Source: a virus
Lineage: Duplodnaviria > Caudoviricetes
DNA: 61,310 bases
Virus record (IMG/VR): IMGVR_UViG_3300048895_000049
Location: 1-61,310 of that record
Reading direction: 5' to 3' (one strand)
Program-made: the position numbers and the translations under genes
Notes under the pieces: generated by a model
Told to the model about the DNA's origin: nothing
The model's database searches: none
Seen by the model: only the letters and a program-made list of their open reading frames with translations
Shown: positions 1-8,087 of the stretch, one piece after another
Position numbering within the stretch: position 1 is the first letter of the stretch
Layout of the letters: every line of letters begins with the position of its first letter

Positions 1-1
1 G

Positions 2-100
2 CTCGCGGACGCGGCCACGGCAAGCGCGGTTATCGCCAGCGCTGGCGCGCTCGCCCGCGCCAAGGCTCCCGGCAAGCCTAACGGCGCGGCGGTCAACTAA
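2..100 (+). CDS. 3' end of a truncated CDS (LADAATASAVIASAGALARAKAPGKPNGAAVN*)
   Basis: Open frame from window start to TAA 98-100, followed by terminators. Confidence 0.55.
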   Translation, partial: LADAATASAVIASAGALARAKAPGKPNGAAVN

Positions 101-115
101 CACTAACGTCTAACT

Positions 116-147
116 AACCCCCACGCCTTGCGGCGTGGGGGTTTTTT
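116..147 (+). terminator. Intrinsic terminator
   Basis: AACCCCCACGCC-ttgc-GGCGTGGGGGTT followed by T-run. Confidence 0.85.
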
Positions 148-156
148 GTTGTCTGC

Positions 157-174
157 AATTGCTCGCAAGCAATA
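157..174. promoter_or_regulatory. Palindromic operator-like site 1
   Basis: AATTGCT-cgca-AGCAATA. Confidence 0.7.
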
Positions 175-202
175 GACGCGTGCGTAACTTGCCGCCCTTA
201 TC

Positions 203-233
203 ACCCCCACGCGTTCACGCGTGGGGGTTTTTT
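203..233 (+). terminator. Second intrinsic terminator, similar to the first
   Basis: ACCCCCACGCG-ttca-CGCGTGGGGGT followed by T-run. Confidence 0.85.
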
Positions 234-299
234 CGTACCTAACACCTAACGCGTGCGTCGTTTAAGTGCTGATTGTCGAGAGGCCAATGTGCGCTTCGC

Positions 300-690
300 G
301 CTTTCTTGTAGCCAAAAATCGAGGGATCGGCCGGATCGTTTACAATTTCGGCCAAATCTCCCAATTTCACTTACAAGATTGGGTTCTAGGCCAAACCTTT
401 GTTTTTATTCATCTAATCGTAGGTAGTAAGTGTCTATCTTGTATTAATTGTAAAATTGTAAAGGAAAAATCATAAGACCCCCACCGCGCGACCCCCCTTG
501 ATGATGTGTTTTGATTTTGCCCCTGAGAGGGTTCTTGTACGGCCCCAAGCCCCTAAAATGCGTTCATTCTCTGGCCCAAAACCCTTACAAAATTACAACT
601 CTTACAATAATCAGCAAAATCAACGGGTTACCAAAAACCCTTGCCTCGCCGACCAATACATATACACTCGAAATCCCTTACAGGAAGCAG
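300..690. other. AT-rich non-coding region with TTACAA/TTGTAA repeats (candidate origin or packaging site)
   Basis: TTACAA at 340, 371, 585, 593, 602; TTGTAA at 448, 456; far more AT-rich than the rest of the window. Confidence 0.45.
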
Positions 691-695
691 CCCAC

Positions 696-1172
696 ATGCC
701 TCGTCCCACCCTAGAATACCCGTCTGGAGGCCGTCTCGGCGTCATCTTCACACGCGAGCAATTCGCCACGCTCGATGCGCTGGCCTTCTACTGGAGCACC
801 AATCGAACCGGCGCGCTGCAGCGTATGCTCGACGAGGTGAGCCCTCTCAAAATCCCGTTCGACGCCGATGAGCAAAATCGCATGCTGATCCGCTCACCGC
901 ATGCGCCTAACCAAAACGTCCACCTGCGCAACGTCTTCCTGCCCGGCGAATACGGTGGCCGTCAGCATCTCTGGTGCTTCGACCCTGATCCAGAGACCGG
1001 CAAAGTCTATCCGGCCGAACCGCAGTACATCATGCTCGTCCACGGTGACGCGGCCAAGCTGGACGTGGCCAGCCTCAAAATCCCCAAGAGCACGATCGGC
1101 AAGGCGATCCAGTGGGCGTCCACCTCACATTATCGTCCGCCCGGCTGGCCGCACTTGCCAGCCTCCAAATAG
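696..1172 (+). CDS. Hypothetical protein
   Basis: GC-rich coding-like part of ORF 498..1172 begins at MPRPTLEY. Confidence 0.65.
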   Translation: MPRPTLEYPSGGRLGVIFTREQFATLDALAFYWSTNRTGALQRMLDEVSPLKIPFDADEQNRMLIRSPHAPNQNVHLRNVFLPGEYGGRQHLWCFDPDPETGKVYPAEPQYIMLVHGDAAKLDVASLKIPKSTIGKAIQWASTSHYRPPGWPHLPASK

Positions 1173-1207
1173 TCAAGCTAACCTCATCTCTCAGGCCCGG
1201 AGCATCC

Positions 1208-1645
1208 ATGTCAAAATTCAGCGCCCTCGAAGCCGCGTTCTTCTCACGACCCGGGTCCAATCAGGGCAAGCTGGCCTTCCGCCGACCACGTGGCCTGTTC
1301 CGCTGGCTGCGCCCGGAGGACCCGGTGGTGATCCTCGCCACGCCGATGGACACCATGCTCGAACTGTGGTGCCACGAGGACGTGTTCCTGCGGGCCGCGC
1401 CGCTGGTCGAGAAGCTCCGCAACCGCACCATCAGCCGCACCCGCTATGGCCAGTTGCACGCCATCATGGCCCAGAACGCCCTGCTCACCGGGCAGGTGGA
1501 CGAGACCGCCAAGGTGCTCACGGCGATGGACGAGCAGTGGAAGTGGTGCCCGGCCCGCTACCTGTCCCTGCTGAACCCCCGCACCTTCGCCTTCGCGCTG
1601 CAACGCCGCATGGTCCGCAACGCCGAGCGCGGGCCGCAGGCATGA
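1208..1645 (+). CDS. Hypothetical protein
   Basis: GGAG SD before MSKFSALE. Confidence 0.7.
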   Translation: MSKFSALEAAFFSRPGSNQGKLAFRRPRGLFRWLRPEDPVVILATPMDTMLELWCHEDVFLRAAPLVEKLRNRTISRTRYGQLHAIMAQNALLTGQVDETAKVLTAMDEQWKWCPARYLSLLNPRTFAFALQRRMVRNAERGPQA

Positions 1646-2010
1646 TCAAGCCCTCCTTCCATGTCGAGCGACAGGCTATGGTGCTGGTCGGGAGTTTGGA
1701 CGGCATGGACGAGAGCTATCCCGCGCTGCGCATCCACACCTCGATCGAGGCCATCGAGGCGTCCGTCGACGACCACGAGGCGGCCATCCGGCGCATCATT
1801 GAGATCGTGCAGGCCACGCCCTACCCCACGGCCAGCGGCCGCAGGCGGCGCGAGGGCGACCCCGAGGTCCGCAAGCGGGTCGGGCAGGCCCTGACCTCAT
1901 ACCGGGGAGCCGTCACCGAGATGGTGCTGTCCGGCTCCATCAGCATCGACCAAGGCTCTGACCTTTCCAAGATGGTCGACGCCATCGAGGCCGAGGAGAA
2001 ACCCGCATGA
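1642..2010 (+). CDS. Hypothetical protein
   Basis: ATGA overlap coupling, MIKPSFHV. Confidence 0.7.
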   Translation: MIKPSFHVERQAMVLVGSLDGMDESYPALRIHTSIEAIEASVDDHEAAIRRIIEIVQATPYPTASGRRRREGDPEVRKRVGQALTSYRGAVTEMVLSGSISIDQGSDLSKMVDAIEAEEKPA

Positions 2011-2273
2011 CCAGCATGGTCATCATCCTCGTGGGCGCACCCGGGGACAAGTCGAACAACCATCACCCGCTGCCGCCCGAGGTCATCGACGAGTTCGAGG
2101 CGCTGATGAGCGAACTGCACCTCTACAACATCAGGCGACCGGGCTGGGACCGCATCAAGACGATCTTGGCCATCGCCACGATGGAGGCGGGCGACACCGA
2201 GAAGGGATCGCTGGCCTACGATCTGGCCAGCCAGAAGTGGCGCAGGTCGCGCTGGTACGATGGAGCCGACTGA
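2007..2273 (+). CDS. Hypothetical protein
   Basis: GAGGAG SD, ATGA overlap. Confidence 0.7.
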   Translation: MTSMVIILVGAPGDKSNNHHPLPPEVIDEFEALMSELHLYNIRRPGWDRIKTILAIATMEAGDTEKGSLAYDLASQKWRRSRWYDGAD

Positions 2274-2368
2274 TGCTGATGCAAGCGATCTACACCGTGC
2301 TGGGGACCGCCGTGATCTGCGGCGTGATCCTGCGTCTGGGACGCGCGGCCCGTAAGCGCCGCCCATGA
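2273..2368 (+). CDS. 31-aa membrane peptide MLMQAIYTVLGTAVICGVILRLGRAARKRRP
   Basis: Fills the gap exactly with overlaps on both sides; hydrophobic core, basic tail; absent from ORF track. Confidence 0.6.
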   Translation: MLMQAIYTVLGTAVICGVILRLGRAARKRRP

Positions 2369-2667
2369 CCGACAAGCGCCTCACCGCCGACAAGTTCGAT
2401 GCGCGCGAGATGCGCTCCAAGTACGCCGGGATCATCTCGGGCGGCTCGACCGACATCATGCCGCTGGCCGCCTACCGCCACTACGTCACCGTCTCGCTCA
2501 TGCTGGGCGACATGACCAGCGACGAAGCCTCAGAGGCGATCAGCATCGCGCGCTCCGTGTTCATCTCCAACGTCAACGCATGGGTGAAGGCGCACGGCAG
2601 CGTCCACCGGGCCGTCACCGACCTGATGGCCAGCCTCGCGGCCGCCATGCCCAGCGGTCAGCCCTGA
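2365..2667 (+). CDS. Hypothetical protein
   Basis: Coupled ORF in operon. Confidence 0.7.
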   Translation: MTDKRLTADKFDAREMRSKYAGIISGGSTDIMPLAAYRHYVTVSLMLGDMTSDEASEAISIARSVFISNVNAWVKAHGSVHRAVTDLMASLAAAMPSGQP

Positions 2668-2972
2668 TGGCCACCCTGCCGCAACTACGGACCCAGATCG
2701 GGGTCCACGCCACGCGCCTGCGCGCCGGGCCGCTGTCCGCCGTCGACCGCAACGCGATGGCCGACGACCTCGACAGGATCGTGGTCGAGATGAAGCGCCG
2801 TCCGGCCGTGCGCCGCGCGCCCGACGAGACGCCGCCCCTGACGCCCAGCCAGAAGCGCGACCTGATCGCCTTCGCCGCGAAGCACTACAACGCCAGCTAC
2901 AAGTCCTTGGCCCACCGCTTCAAGACCACGGTGGGACGCGTGTCCGAAGTGCTGGCCGGGAAGCGCAAGTGA
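2667..2972 (+). CDS. Putative HTH DNA-binding protein
   Basis: C-terminal SYKSLAHRFKTTVGRVSEVLAG is HTH-like. Confidence 0.55.
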   Translation: MATLPQLRTQIGVHATRLRAGPLSAVDRNAMADDLDRIVVEMKRRPAVRRAPDETPPLTPSQKRDLIAFAAKHYNASYKSLAHRFKTTVGRVSEVLAGKRK

Positions 2973-3226
2973 ACGCCCTGATGACCATAGCCGACCAGCG
3001 CTGGGAGGACCCGGCCTATCGGCTGAGGATCGCCTACCTCGCCGACCAGATATTCGGCCGCCATGCTGCGCCGACGCTGGACGAGGTCATCGAGTACAAG
3101 GCGCACATCACGATGGAGCGCATGAGCGGCACCGCGCTGCATGGGCTGCGCGAGGAGCACTACGAGAAGGCGATGCGGCGGGCGTGCGCGGTCGAGTTGA
3201 CCCTCAAGCTGGAGACGGGTTCCTAA
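2969..3226 (+). CDS. Hypothetical protein
   Basis: GTGA overlap coupling. Confidence 0.65.
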   Translation: MNALMTIADQRWEDPAYRLRIAYLADQIFGRHAAPTLDEVIEYKAHITMERMSGTALHGLREEHYEKAMRRACAVELTLKLETGS

Positions 3227-3242
3227 TTGCTTGCGAGCAATA
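3225..3242. promoter_or_regulatory. Palindromic operator-like site 2
   Basis: AATTGCT-tgcg-AGCAATA. Confidence 0.7.
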
Positions 3243-3323
3243 ACCGGAACGCATACCCCCGACCACACCTTCACAATGGACAGGGATCAGGGCCTCAGCT
3301 AGGCCAGACCCAAAGGAGCACCC

Positions 3324-3551
3324 ATGACCAAGATTTCCGACCGCACCGGCCAGCCGTCCCTCCGCAGGGGGTTCGCCGCCATGTCGCCTGAGCGACGCAC
3401 CGAGATCGCCAAAAAGGGCGGCGGCTCCGTGCCCCCCGAGAAGCGCTCGTTCGCCCGCGACCGCAAACTGGCTGCGTCAGCCGGTCGCAAGGGCGGGGAA
3501 GCGTCGCGCGGCGGCGGACGTTCACCGGCCAAGGTTGCGCCCGTCACATAG
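3324..3551 (+). CDS. KGG-repeat general stress protein (YciG/Con-10-like)
   Basis: RGFAAMSPERRTEIAKKGG...LAASAGRKGG; AAGGAG SD. Confidence 0.85.
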   Translation: MTKISDRTGQPSLRRGFAAMSPERRTEIAKKGGGSVPPEKRSFARDRKLAASAGRKGGEASRGGGRSPAKVAPVT

Positions 3552-3592
3552 TGAGAGCAGAACTCGCTGGAACATCAGCGAAGGAGCATCCA

Positions 3593-4279
3593 ATGAAGAT
3601 CGGCGCAGGCCAGACACGCGACGTCACGGTCCAGTTCACCAACGACAACGGCCACCCCGCCCACGTGCAGGGCACGGTCTCGTGGTCGTCCAGCGACAGC
3701 GCGGTGGCCAAGGTCGTGGCCAACACCACCAACCCGTCTCAGGCCACCATCACGGCTGGCCCGAAGGCAGGCAAGGCGCAGATCAGCGCCCACGCTGACG
3801 CCGACCTCGGCGAAGGCGTCACCGAAGTCACCGCCACCCTCGACGTCGAGGTCATTGCGCGCGGCGAGGCGACGGGCGGCGAGATCGTCCCGGTCGGCGC
3901 GGGCCAAGGACTGCCCGGCCAAGGCGGAACGGGTCCTGACAACACCCTGCCCGGTGGCAGCGGCGGACGCCCGGACCAAGGACTGCCGGGCTCAGGCGCT
4001 CGACCGGACCAAGACCTCCCGGGCCATGAGCGTCCGACCGATCCGGGCTACGACAAGCCCAGCGGCGGCCATCCCGACCAAGACCTGCCGGGTCGCAACC
4101 CGCGCCCCGACCAAGGGCTCCCGGGTAGCGGTCACGCCGACCAAGACCTGCCGGGCTCAGGCGGGCGTCCCTCGCAGGGCCTGCCGGGCGATCAGCCGGG
4201 CATCGACAACAGCCTGCCGGGCGGCAAGCCCAGCACGCCTGACCAAGACCTCCCCGACCACGCCAAGCCCAAGCGGTAG
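3593..4279 (+). CDS. Ig-like domain protein with PDQxLPG repeats
   Basis: VSWSSSDSAVAKV Ig-like motif; about 9 PDQ(G/D)LPG-type repeats; AAGGAG SD. Confidence 0.75.
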   Translation: MKIGAGQTRDVTVQFTNDNGHPAHVQGTVSWSSSDSAVAKVVANTTNPSQATITAGPKAGKAQISAHADADLGEGVTEVTATLDVEVIARGEATGGEIVPVGAGQGLPGQGGTGPDNTLPGGSGGRPDQGLPGSGARPDQDLPGHERPTDPGYDKPSGGHPDQDLPGRNPRPDQGLPGSGHADQDLPGSGGRPSQGLPGDQPGIDNSLPGGKPSTPDQDLPDHAKPKR

Positions 4280-4334
4280 GGTCTGAGGAGACGGGCCGCC
4301 CACCAGCCTCGGGGGTGGGTGCAGCCCTGCAAGC

Positions 4335-4369
4335 GGAGGCCACGGCGGTACGTCAACGCCGTGGCCTCC
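4335..4369. other. 13-bp perfect stem-loop in intergenic region
   Basis: GGAGGCCACGGCG-9 nt-CGCCGTGGCCTCC, no U tail. Confidence 0.6.
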
Positions 4370-4443
4370 CAACTTGCACGGTCCAGCTTCCCTTGGCGAA
4401 TAGTCATGCTACGGTAGACGCATCTCAACCAGAGGGGCTATCA

Positions 4444-5160
4444 ATGAAACTGACCAAAACCTTGGCGCTGGTCGCCGCTCTCAGCGTCTCGCTGATGGCC
4501 ACGGCCGCGCACGCCGTCACCTTCGTGTTCACCGGCACCAACGCCGATGGGAACACCGTCTCGGCGACGATGGACATCACCGCTGTCGGCGACCACGTGA
4601 CCATGCGTGTCACCAACAACACGGCGGGCATGTTCGCCTCCAATCAGGCGATCAGCGACATCCTGCTGAACTTCACCACCGACGTGACCGGGGCCACCAA
4701 CTTCGGGCAGACCGGCCAGCGCGGCATCATCAACGCGGACGGCACCGTCACGCTGATCGCCGGTGATCCCACCCGTTGGGACGCCAGCAACCCGGGCGGC
4801 AACACCTACCTCGACGTGCTGGGCGGCGGCTCGCCGACCGAGATGATCGCCTCCAACTCGATCGGTGATCCGAACGGCGGGCTGGCCAACTTCAACCCCT
4901 ACATCATGGGCGACGCGTTCTTCACGTTCGACCTGCTGGGGGCCAGCAACCTGCGGATCGCTGACATGCAGTTCAGCTTCGGCACCAACCACGAGTTCAT
5001 CGGCCACGGCACCTGCACCTTCGGCTGCGGCGGCGTGATCAACCCGACCGGCGTCGTGCCTGAGCCTGCCACGTGGGCGATGATGATCCTCGGTGTCGGT
5101 GGCATCGGTGCGATGCTGCGCCGCAAGCGGGCGCTGGCGCGACGGGCCGCCTACGCCTGA
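4444..5160 (+). CDS. PEP-CTERM (PEPxxWA-CTERM) exported protein
   Basis: Signal peptide ending AAHA; C-terminal VPEPATWAMMILGVGGIGAMLRRKR. Confidence 0.92.
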   Translation: MKLTKTLALVAALSVSLMATAAHAVTFVFTGTNADGNTVSATMDITAVGDHVTMRVTNNTAGMFASNQAISDILLNFTTDVTGATNFGQTGQRGIINADGTVTLIAGDPTRWDASNPGGNTYLDVLGGGSPTEMIASNSIGDPNGGLANFNPYIMGDAFFTFDLLGASNLRIADMQFSFGTNHEFIGHGTCTFGCGGVINPTGVVPEPATWAMMILGVGGIGAMLRRKRALARRAAYA

Positions 5161-5247
5161 CCTCCAACGACCGCGCGCCGGACAGGGACGACACCCGACG
5201 CGCGGTCTCCTACCTCACCACCCGTTCGGGCGATGAAGCAGTTCAGG

Positions 5248-5277
5248 AATAGGCGGCTTGGGTCCGCCTATTTTTTT
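5248..5277 (+). terminator. Intrinsic terminator between convergent genes
   Basis: AATAGGCGG-7 nt-CCGCCTATT plus T-run. Confidence 0.75.
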
Positions 5278-5396
5278 GCCTTGCGCTGCACGTCGAGCGC
5301 AATGGCGACGGCTTGTTTCTGCGGTTTGCCGTGAGCCATCTCCGTCTTGATGTTCTGGCTTACGGCTTTCTTTGATCCGCTCTTGTTCAGGGGCAT
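5268..5396 (-). CDS. Small basic phage protein MPLNKSGSKKAVSQNIKTEMAHGKPQKQAVAIAL...
   Basis: Resembles a common small phage protein family; GAGG SD. Confidence 0.75.
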   Translation of the reverse strand: MPLNKSGSKKAVSQNIKTEMAHGKPQKQAVAIALDVQRKAKK

Positions 5397-5413
5397 TTCT
5401 CGCCTCAGGGGAA

Positions 5414-5569
5414 TTAGTCGTTGTCGTCCTCGTTGCGCTGCGGGCGCTCGCGGTCGGCAGGTTTCTTGTTGGGGTCGTACTCGCGGCCCCCGGGGGCTTG
5501 CGGGTCCGGGTTGCGCGGACGCCCCTGTTCGGGGTTCGGCTTGTGCGGGCTCTGGGTCGGGATCGGCAT
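5414..5569 (-). CDS. 51-aa hydrophilic disordered protein MPIPTQSPHKPNPEQGRPRNPDPQ...
   Basis: GAGGAG SD, ATG to TAA; absent from ORF track. Confidence 0.65.
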   Translation of the reverse strand: MPIPTQSPHKPNPEQGRPRNPDPQAPGGREYDPNKKPADRERPQRNEDDND

Positions 5570-5629
5570 AGGGGTGTCTCCTCACACGTCCCTAGGTGGC
5601 CTAAACCCGGCCAAGGCCAAGCCGTTGCA

Positions 5630-5896
5630 TCAGCTGGGCTTGGCCTCGGGCATGGAGGGCAGCGTCTCCCCGACCAGCGGCGGCGGGCCTCCTCCGGGCT
5701 TCGCGTGGAACTCGCCGCACCAATCCGTCACCTTCACGCCGGGGAAGTAGAAGTTGTTGCGCTGGCGGTTGGGCGGGAAGCGACGACAGATGCCGTAGGG
5801 CTCGTCCGCCGTCTCCCCCTGCACCTTGATGTCGAGGAAGAACCGGCAGAGCGCACAGCAATCGCCCTTCGGTTCGGGTGCCCGGGACGTGGCCAT
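5630..5896 (-). CDS. Cys-rich small protein (CCALCRFF...GICRRFPP...DWCGEF)
   Basis: Metal-binding Cys pattern common in phage small proteins. Confidence 0.7.
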   Translation of the reverse strand: MATSRAPEPKGDCCALCRFFLDIKVQGETADEPYGICRRFPPNRQRNNFYFPGVKVTDWCGEFHAKPGGGPPPLVGETLPSMPEAKPS

Positions 5897-5898
5897 CC

Positions 5899-6069
5899 TT
5901 AGGCGATGCCCAGCTTCTGGACGATGAGCACGAGGGCGATCAGCAGCGCGATGACCGGGACGACCCAGCGCATGAACTGCATCGGCGGCGGCCACGGCAC
6001 CTGATAGGAGATGGCGCAGACGATGGCGACGACGACCAGCACGATGAGGCAGAAGACCAGCAAGCTCAT
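5899..6069 (-). CDS. Two-TM small membrane protein (Thivi_2564-like)
   Basis: AGGAGG SD; two hydrophobic helices around PWPPP. Confidence 0.7.
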   Translation of the reverse strand: MSLLVFCLIVLVVVAIVCAISYQVPWPPPMQFMRWVVPVIALLIALVLIVQKLGIA

Positions 6070-6251
6070 GACGTGTTCCTCCTGAGGGTAGGGTACACCG
6101 TCCACAGCCCTGTCCCCAACCTTGTCCAAAAGTAGGCTTGACCAGTAGCTGAGCCATGATACCAATTCGGCTCGCTGAGGCCACGGCCTTCGGTGGGGGA
6201 AACGGGTGCGGCCCGCAAATCGCATCCTTCATGTTCAGGGTTTGCAAACCA

Positions 6252-6602
6252 ATGAATAAGTTCTTCGCGGGCGTCGCCGCCCTCGTGCTGATGGCCGCCG
6301 TCTCGGCTCCGGCCGCCGCGCAATCCATCGCTCAGACCAACGCCGGTTCCTCGGTCGCCTCGACCTCCGGTTCGATCACCCTCGGCGCTGGCGTCGCTGC
6401 CGGTGCGGCCGCTGCGACCAACACGTCCTCGTCGGTGGCGCTGGCCACCCACAACCTCGTCACCGCGCAGACCGTCACCACGACCACGTCGGCTGGCAAC
6501 GCGACCAACACCCACTTCCAGACCGGCGCCTCGCTGGGCTGGTCCGCCGCCCAACAAGCGGGCTTCTCGAACGCCTTCGCGTTCGCCCGCGCCCCTTTCT
6601 AA
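6252..6602 (+). CDS. Secreted Ala/Ser/Thr-rich protein
   Basis: Signal peptide MNKFFAGVAALVLMAAVSAPAAA. Confidence 0.75.
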   Translation: MNKFFAGVAALVLMAAVSAPAAAQSIAQTNAGSSVASTSGSITLGAGVAAGAAAATNTSSSVALATHNLVTAQTVTTTTSAGNATNTHFQTGASLGWSAAQQAGFSNAFAFARAPF

Positions 6603-6670
6603 CGACCAGTTGGCCGGGCGTCCGCCTCATGGCGGCGTTCGTCCTGCTGGGCGTCTAGATCGGTCCAAGG

Positions 6671-6697
6671 CAGGGGGGTTTCGGCCCCCCTGTTTCC
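6671..6697 (+). terminator. Possible terminator or attenuator
   Basis: CAGGGGGG-tttcgg-CCCCCCTG then TTT. Confidence 0.55.
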
Positions 6698-6722
6698 TCT
6701 CAAATCCACGGTGGGGCTACAG

Positions 6723-7700
6723 ATGAACTTCAAGCTTTTCGCGACCACGGCGGCCGTCGCCGCCCTCGTCCTCTCTCCGTCCTTCGCCTACGCGCAGGAT
6801 GCGACCTCGACCTCCGGGGCTGGAGCCACGGCAGGCTCCGTGTCCGGCGCGCTGAACAACAACTCGACCACGAACGGCGCACAGACCACCACGGTCGCGC
6901 CGATCAGCAACGGCGACAGCACCGCCATCTCCGGGTCCAACTCCGACGCCGCCGCCACGCAGAACCAAGCGCAGTTCAACGGCGGCAACACGGTCGGCCC
7001 GATCGACAGCAGCGTGCGCGTCGGCCCGACCACCTCCACGTCCGACAGCAACTCCGTCTCGGGCTCGATCTCGGGCTCCGTCTCCGAAGGCGGCGCGGGC
7101 GGTAGCTCGACCGCAACGTCCACCTCGGGCGGCGGCGCGGGCGGTGAGGGCGGCATGGCGCAGGCCAACGGCGGGTCCTCGAACTCGTCGGCCCAAGGCG
7201 GCACCGGCACGGCCACGCAGTCGCAGAACGCCCAGAACGCGGGCAACGCGCAGAACATCACGTTCAACTCGACCACGCCGACCAAGACCACCCTGCGTGC
7301 GGCCCCGACCGTCTACGCCCCGGCGCTGACCACCACCCTGACCGAGACCTGCATGGGCTCGACCTCGGCGGGCGGCAGCGGCATCGGCTTCGGGTTCAGC
7401 GTCGGCTCTACGTGGAACGACAAGCAATGCGTGCGTCGCCTGAACGCTCGAGAGATCGCCCAGACCCTCGGTGACCGTGACGCGGCCCGCGCGCTGATGT
7501 GTCAGGACGCCGACGTCGCCCGAGCCTACGCCGCCATCGGCCAGTCCTGCTTCACGCCGGTCCCGCCGCCGCAGCAGGTCGTGGTGCAGACCGCGCCGCC
7601 GCCCGCGCCCTACAGCGAGCCGCCGCACAACATGCAGCCGATCCCCAATCCGCCCGAGCAACCGGCACCCCGCCGTCCTAAGGTTCCTCGCGGCGACTAA
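6723..7700 (+). CDS. Secreted Ser/Gly/Thr-rich protein with Cys-containing C-terminal domain
   Basis: Signal peptide ending AYA; APALTTT..TCMGSTSAG..GFGFSVG..QCVRR..ALMCQD. Confidence 0.8.
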   Translation: MNFKLFATTAAVAALVLSPSFAYAQDATSTSGAGATAGSVSGALNNNSTTNGAQTTTVAPISNGDSTAISGSNSDAAATQNQAQFNGGNTVGPIDSSVRVGPTTSTSDSNSVSGSISGSVSEGGAGGSSTATSTSGGGAGGEGGMAQANGGSSNSSAQGGTGTATQSQNAQNAGNAQNITFNSTTPTKTTLRAAPTVYAPALTTTLTETCMGSTSAGGSGIGFGFSVGSTWNDKQCVRRLNAREIAQTLGDRDAARALMCQDADVARAYAAIGQSCFTPVPPPQQVVVQTAPPPAPYSEPPHNMQPIPNPPEQPAPRRPKVPRGD

Positions 7701-7706
7701 AGGTCA

Positions 7707-8078
7707 GGGTCGGCGCATACCGAACCCCCACCTTCGGGTCATCGCACCGACCCGGCAGGCGCAGGGTGGCGGCTGGACTTAGCCCTCCAACACCGCCACC
7801 CTGACGCTTCTGAAACATCGGGGCCTCCGAGCCGTTCTGGGGAGAGCGAGCGATCGGAGGCTCTACAACAAAGGACGTGACCACGGCCCCGACCGAAGGG
7901 ACACGCGAAAACTACCGACTGGTCCCGGTGTGCGATATGGAGACGCACCCGGGGTCCTTCGGCGAGACGCTGCGGAGCTAAAGCTGGTCCTCCTGCACCC
8001 CCCCGGTTGACACCGGGACCAGCCAAGGACGGAGACCTTACCCCCCTCTCGTTCGCAGCGTCTCACCGAAGCACCCCG
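7707..8078 (+). ncRNA. Candidate structured ncRNA or long 5' leader
   Basis: Several long stems including crossing pairings 7919-7931/8010-8022 and 7950-7974/8054-8078; no plausible ORF; strand inferred from flanking genes. Confidence 0.5.
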
Positions 8079-8087
8079 AGGCCCGCT

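Noticed and set aside
266-695. ORF 266..475 and the N-terminal extension of 498..1172
   Set aside because: AT-rich repeat region, no SD, codon use unlike real genes
3930-4260. GACCAAGAC-type DNA repeats as a CRISPR or mini-array
   Set aside because: In-frame coding repeats of PDQxLPG with irregular spacing
4394-4410. Sigma54-like TGGC...TGC upstream of the PEP-CTERM gene
   Set aside because: GG to GC spacing is one base too long for the strict -24/-12 geometry
7707-8078. tRNA, retron or DGR interpretation of the structured region
   Set aside because: No cloverleaf or T-loop pattern, and no reverse transcriptase in the window
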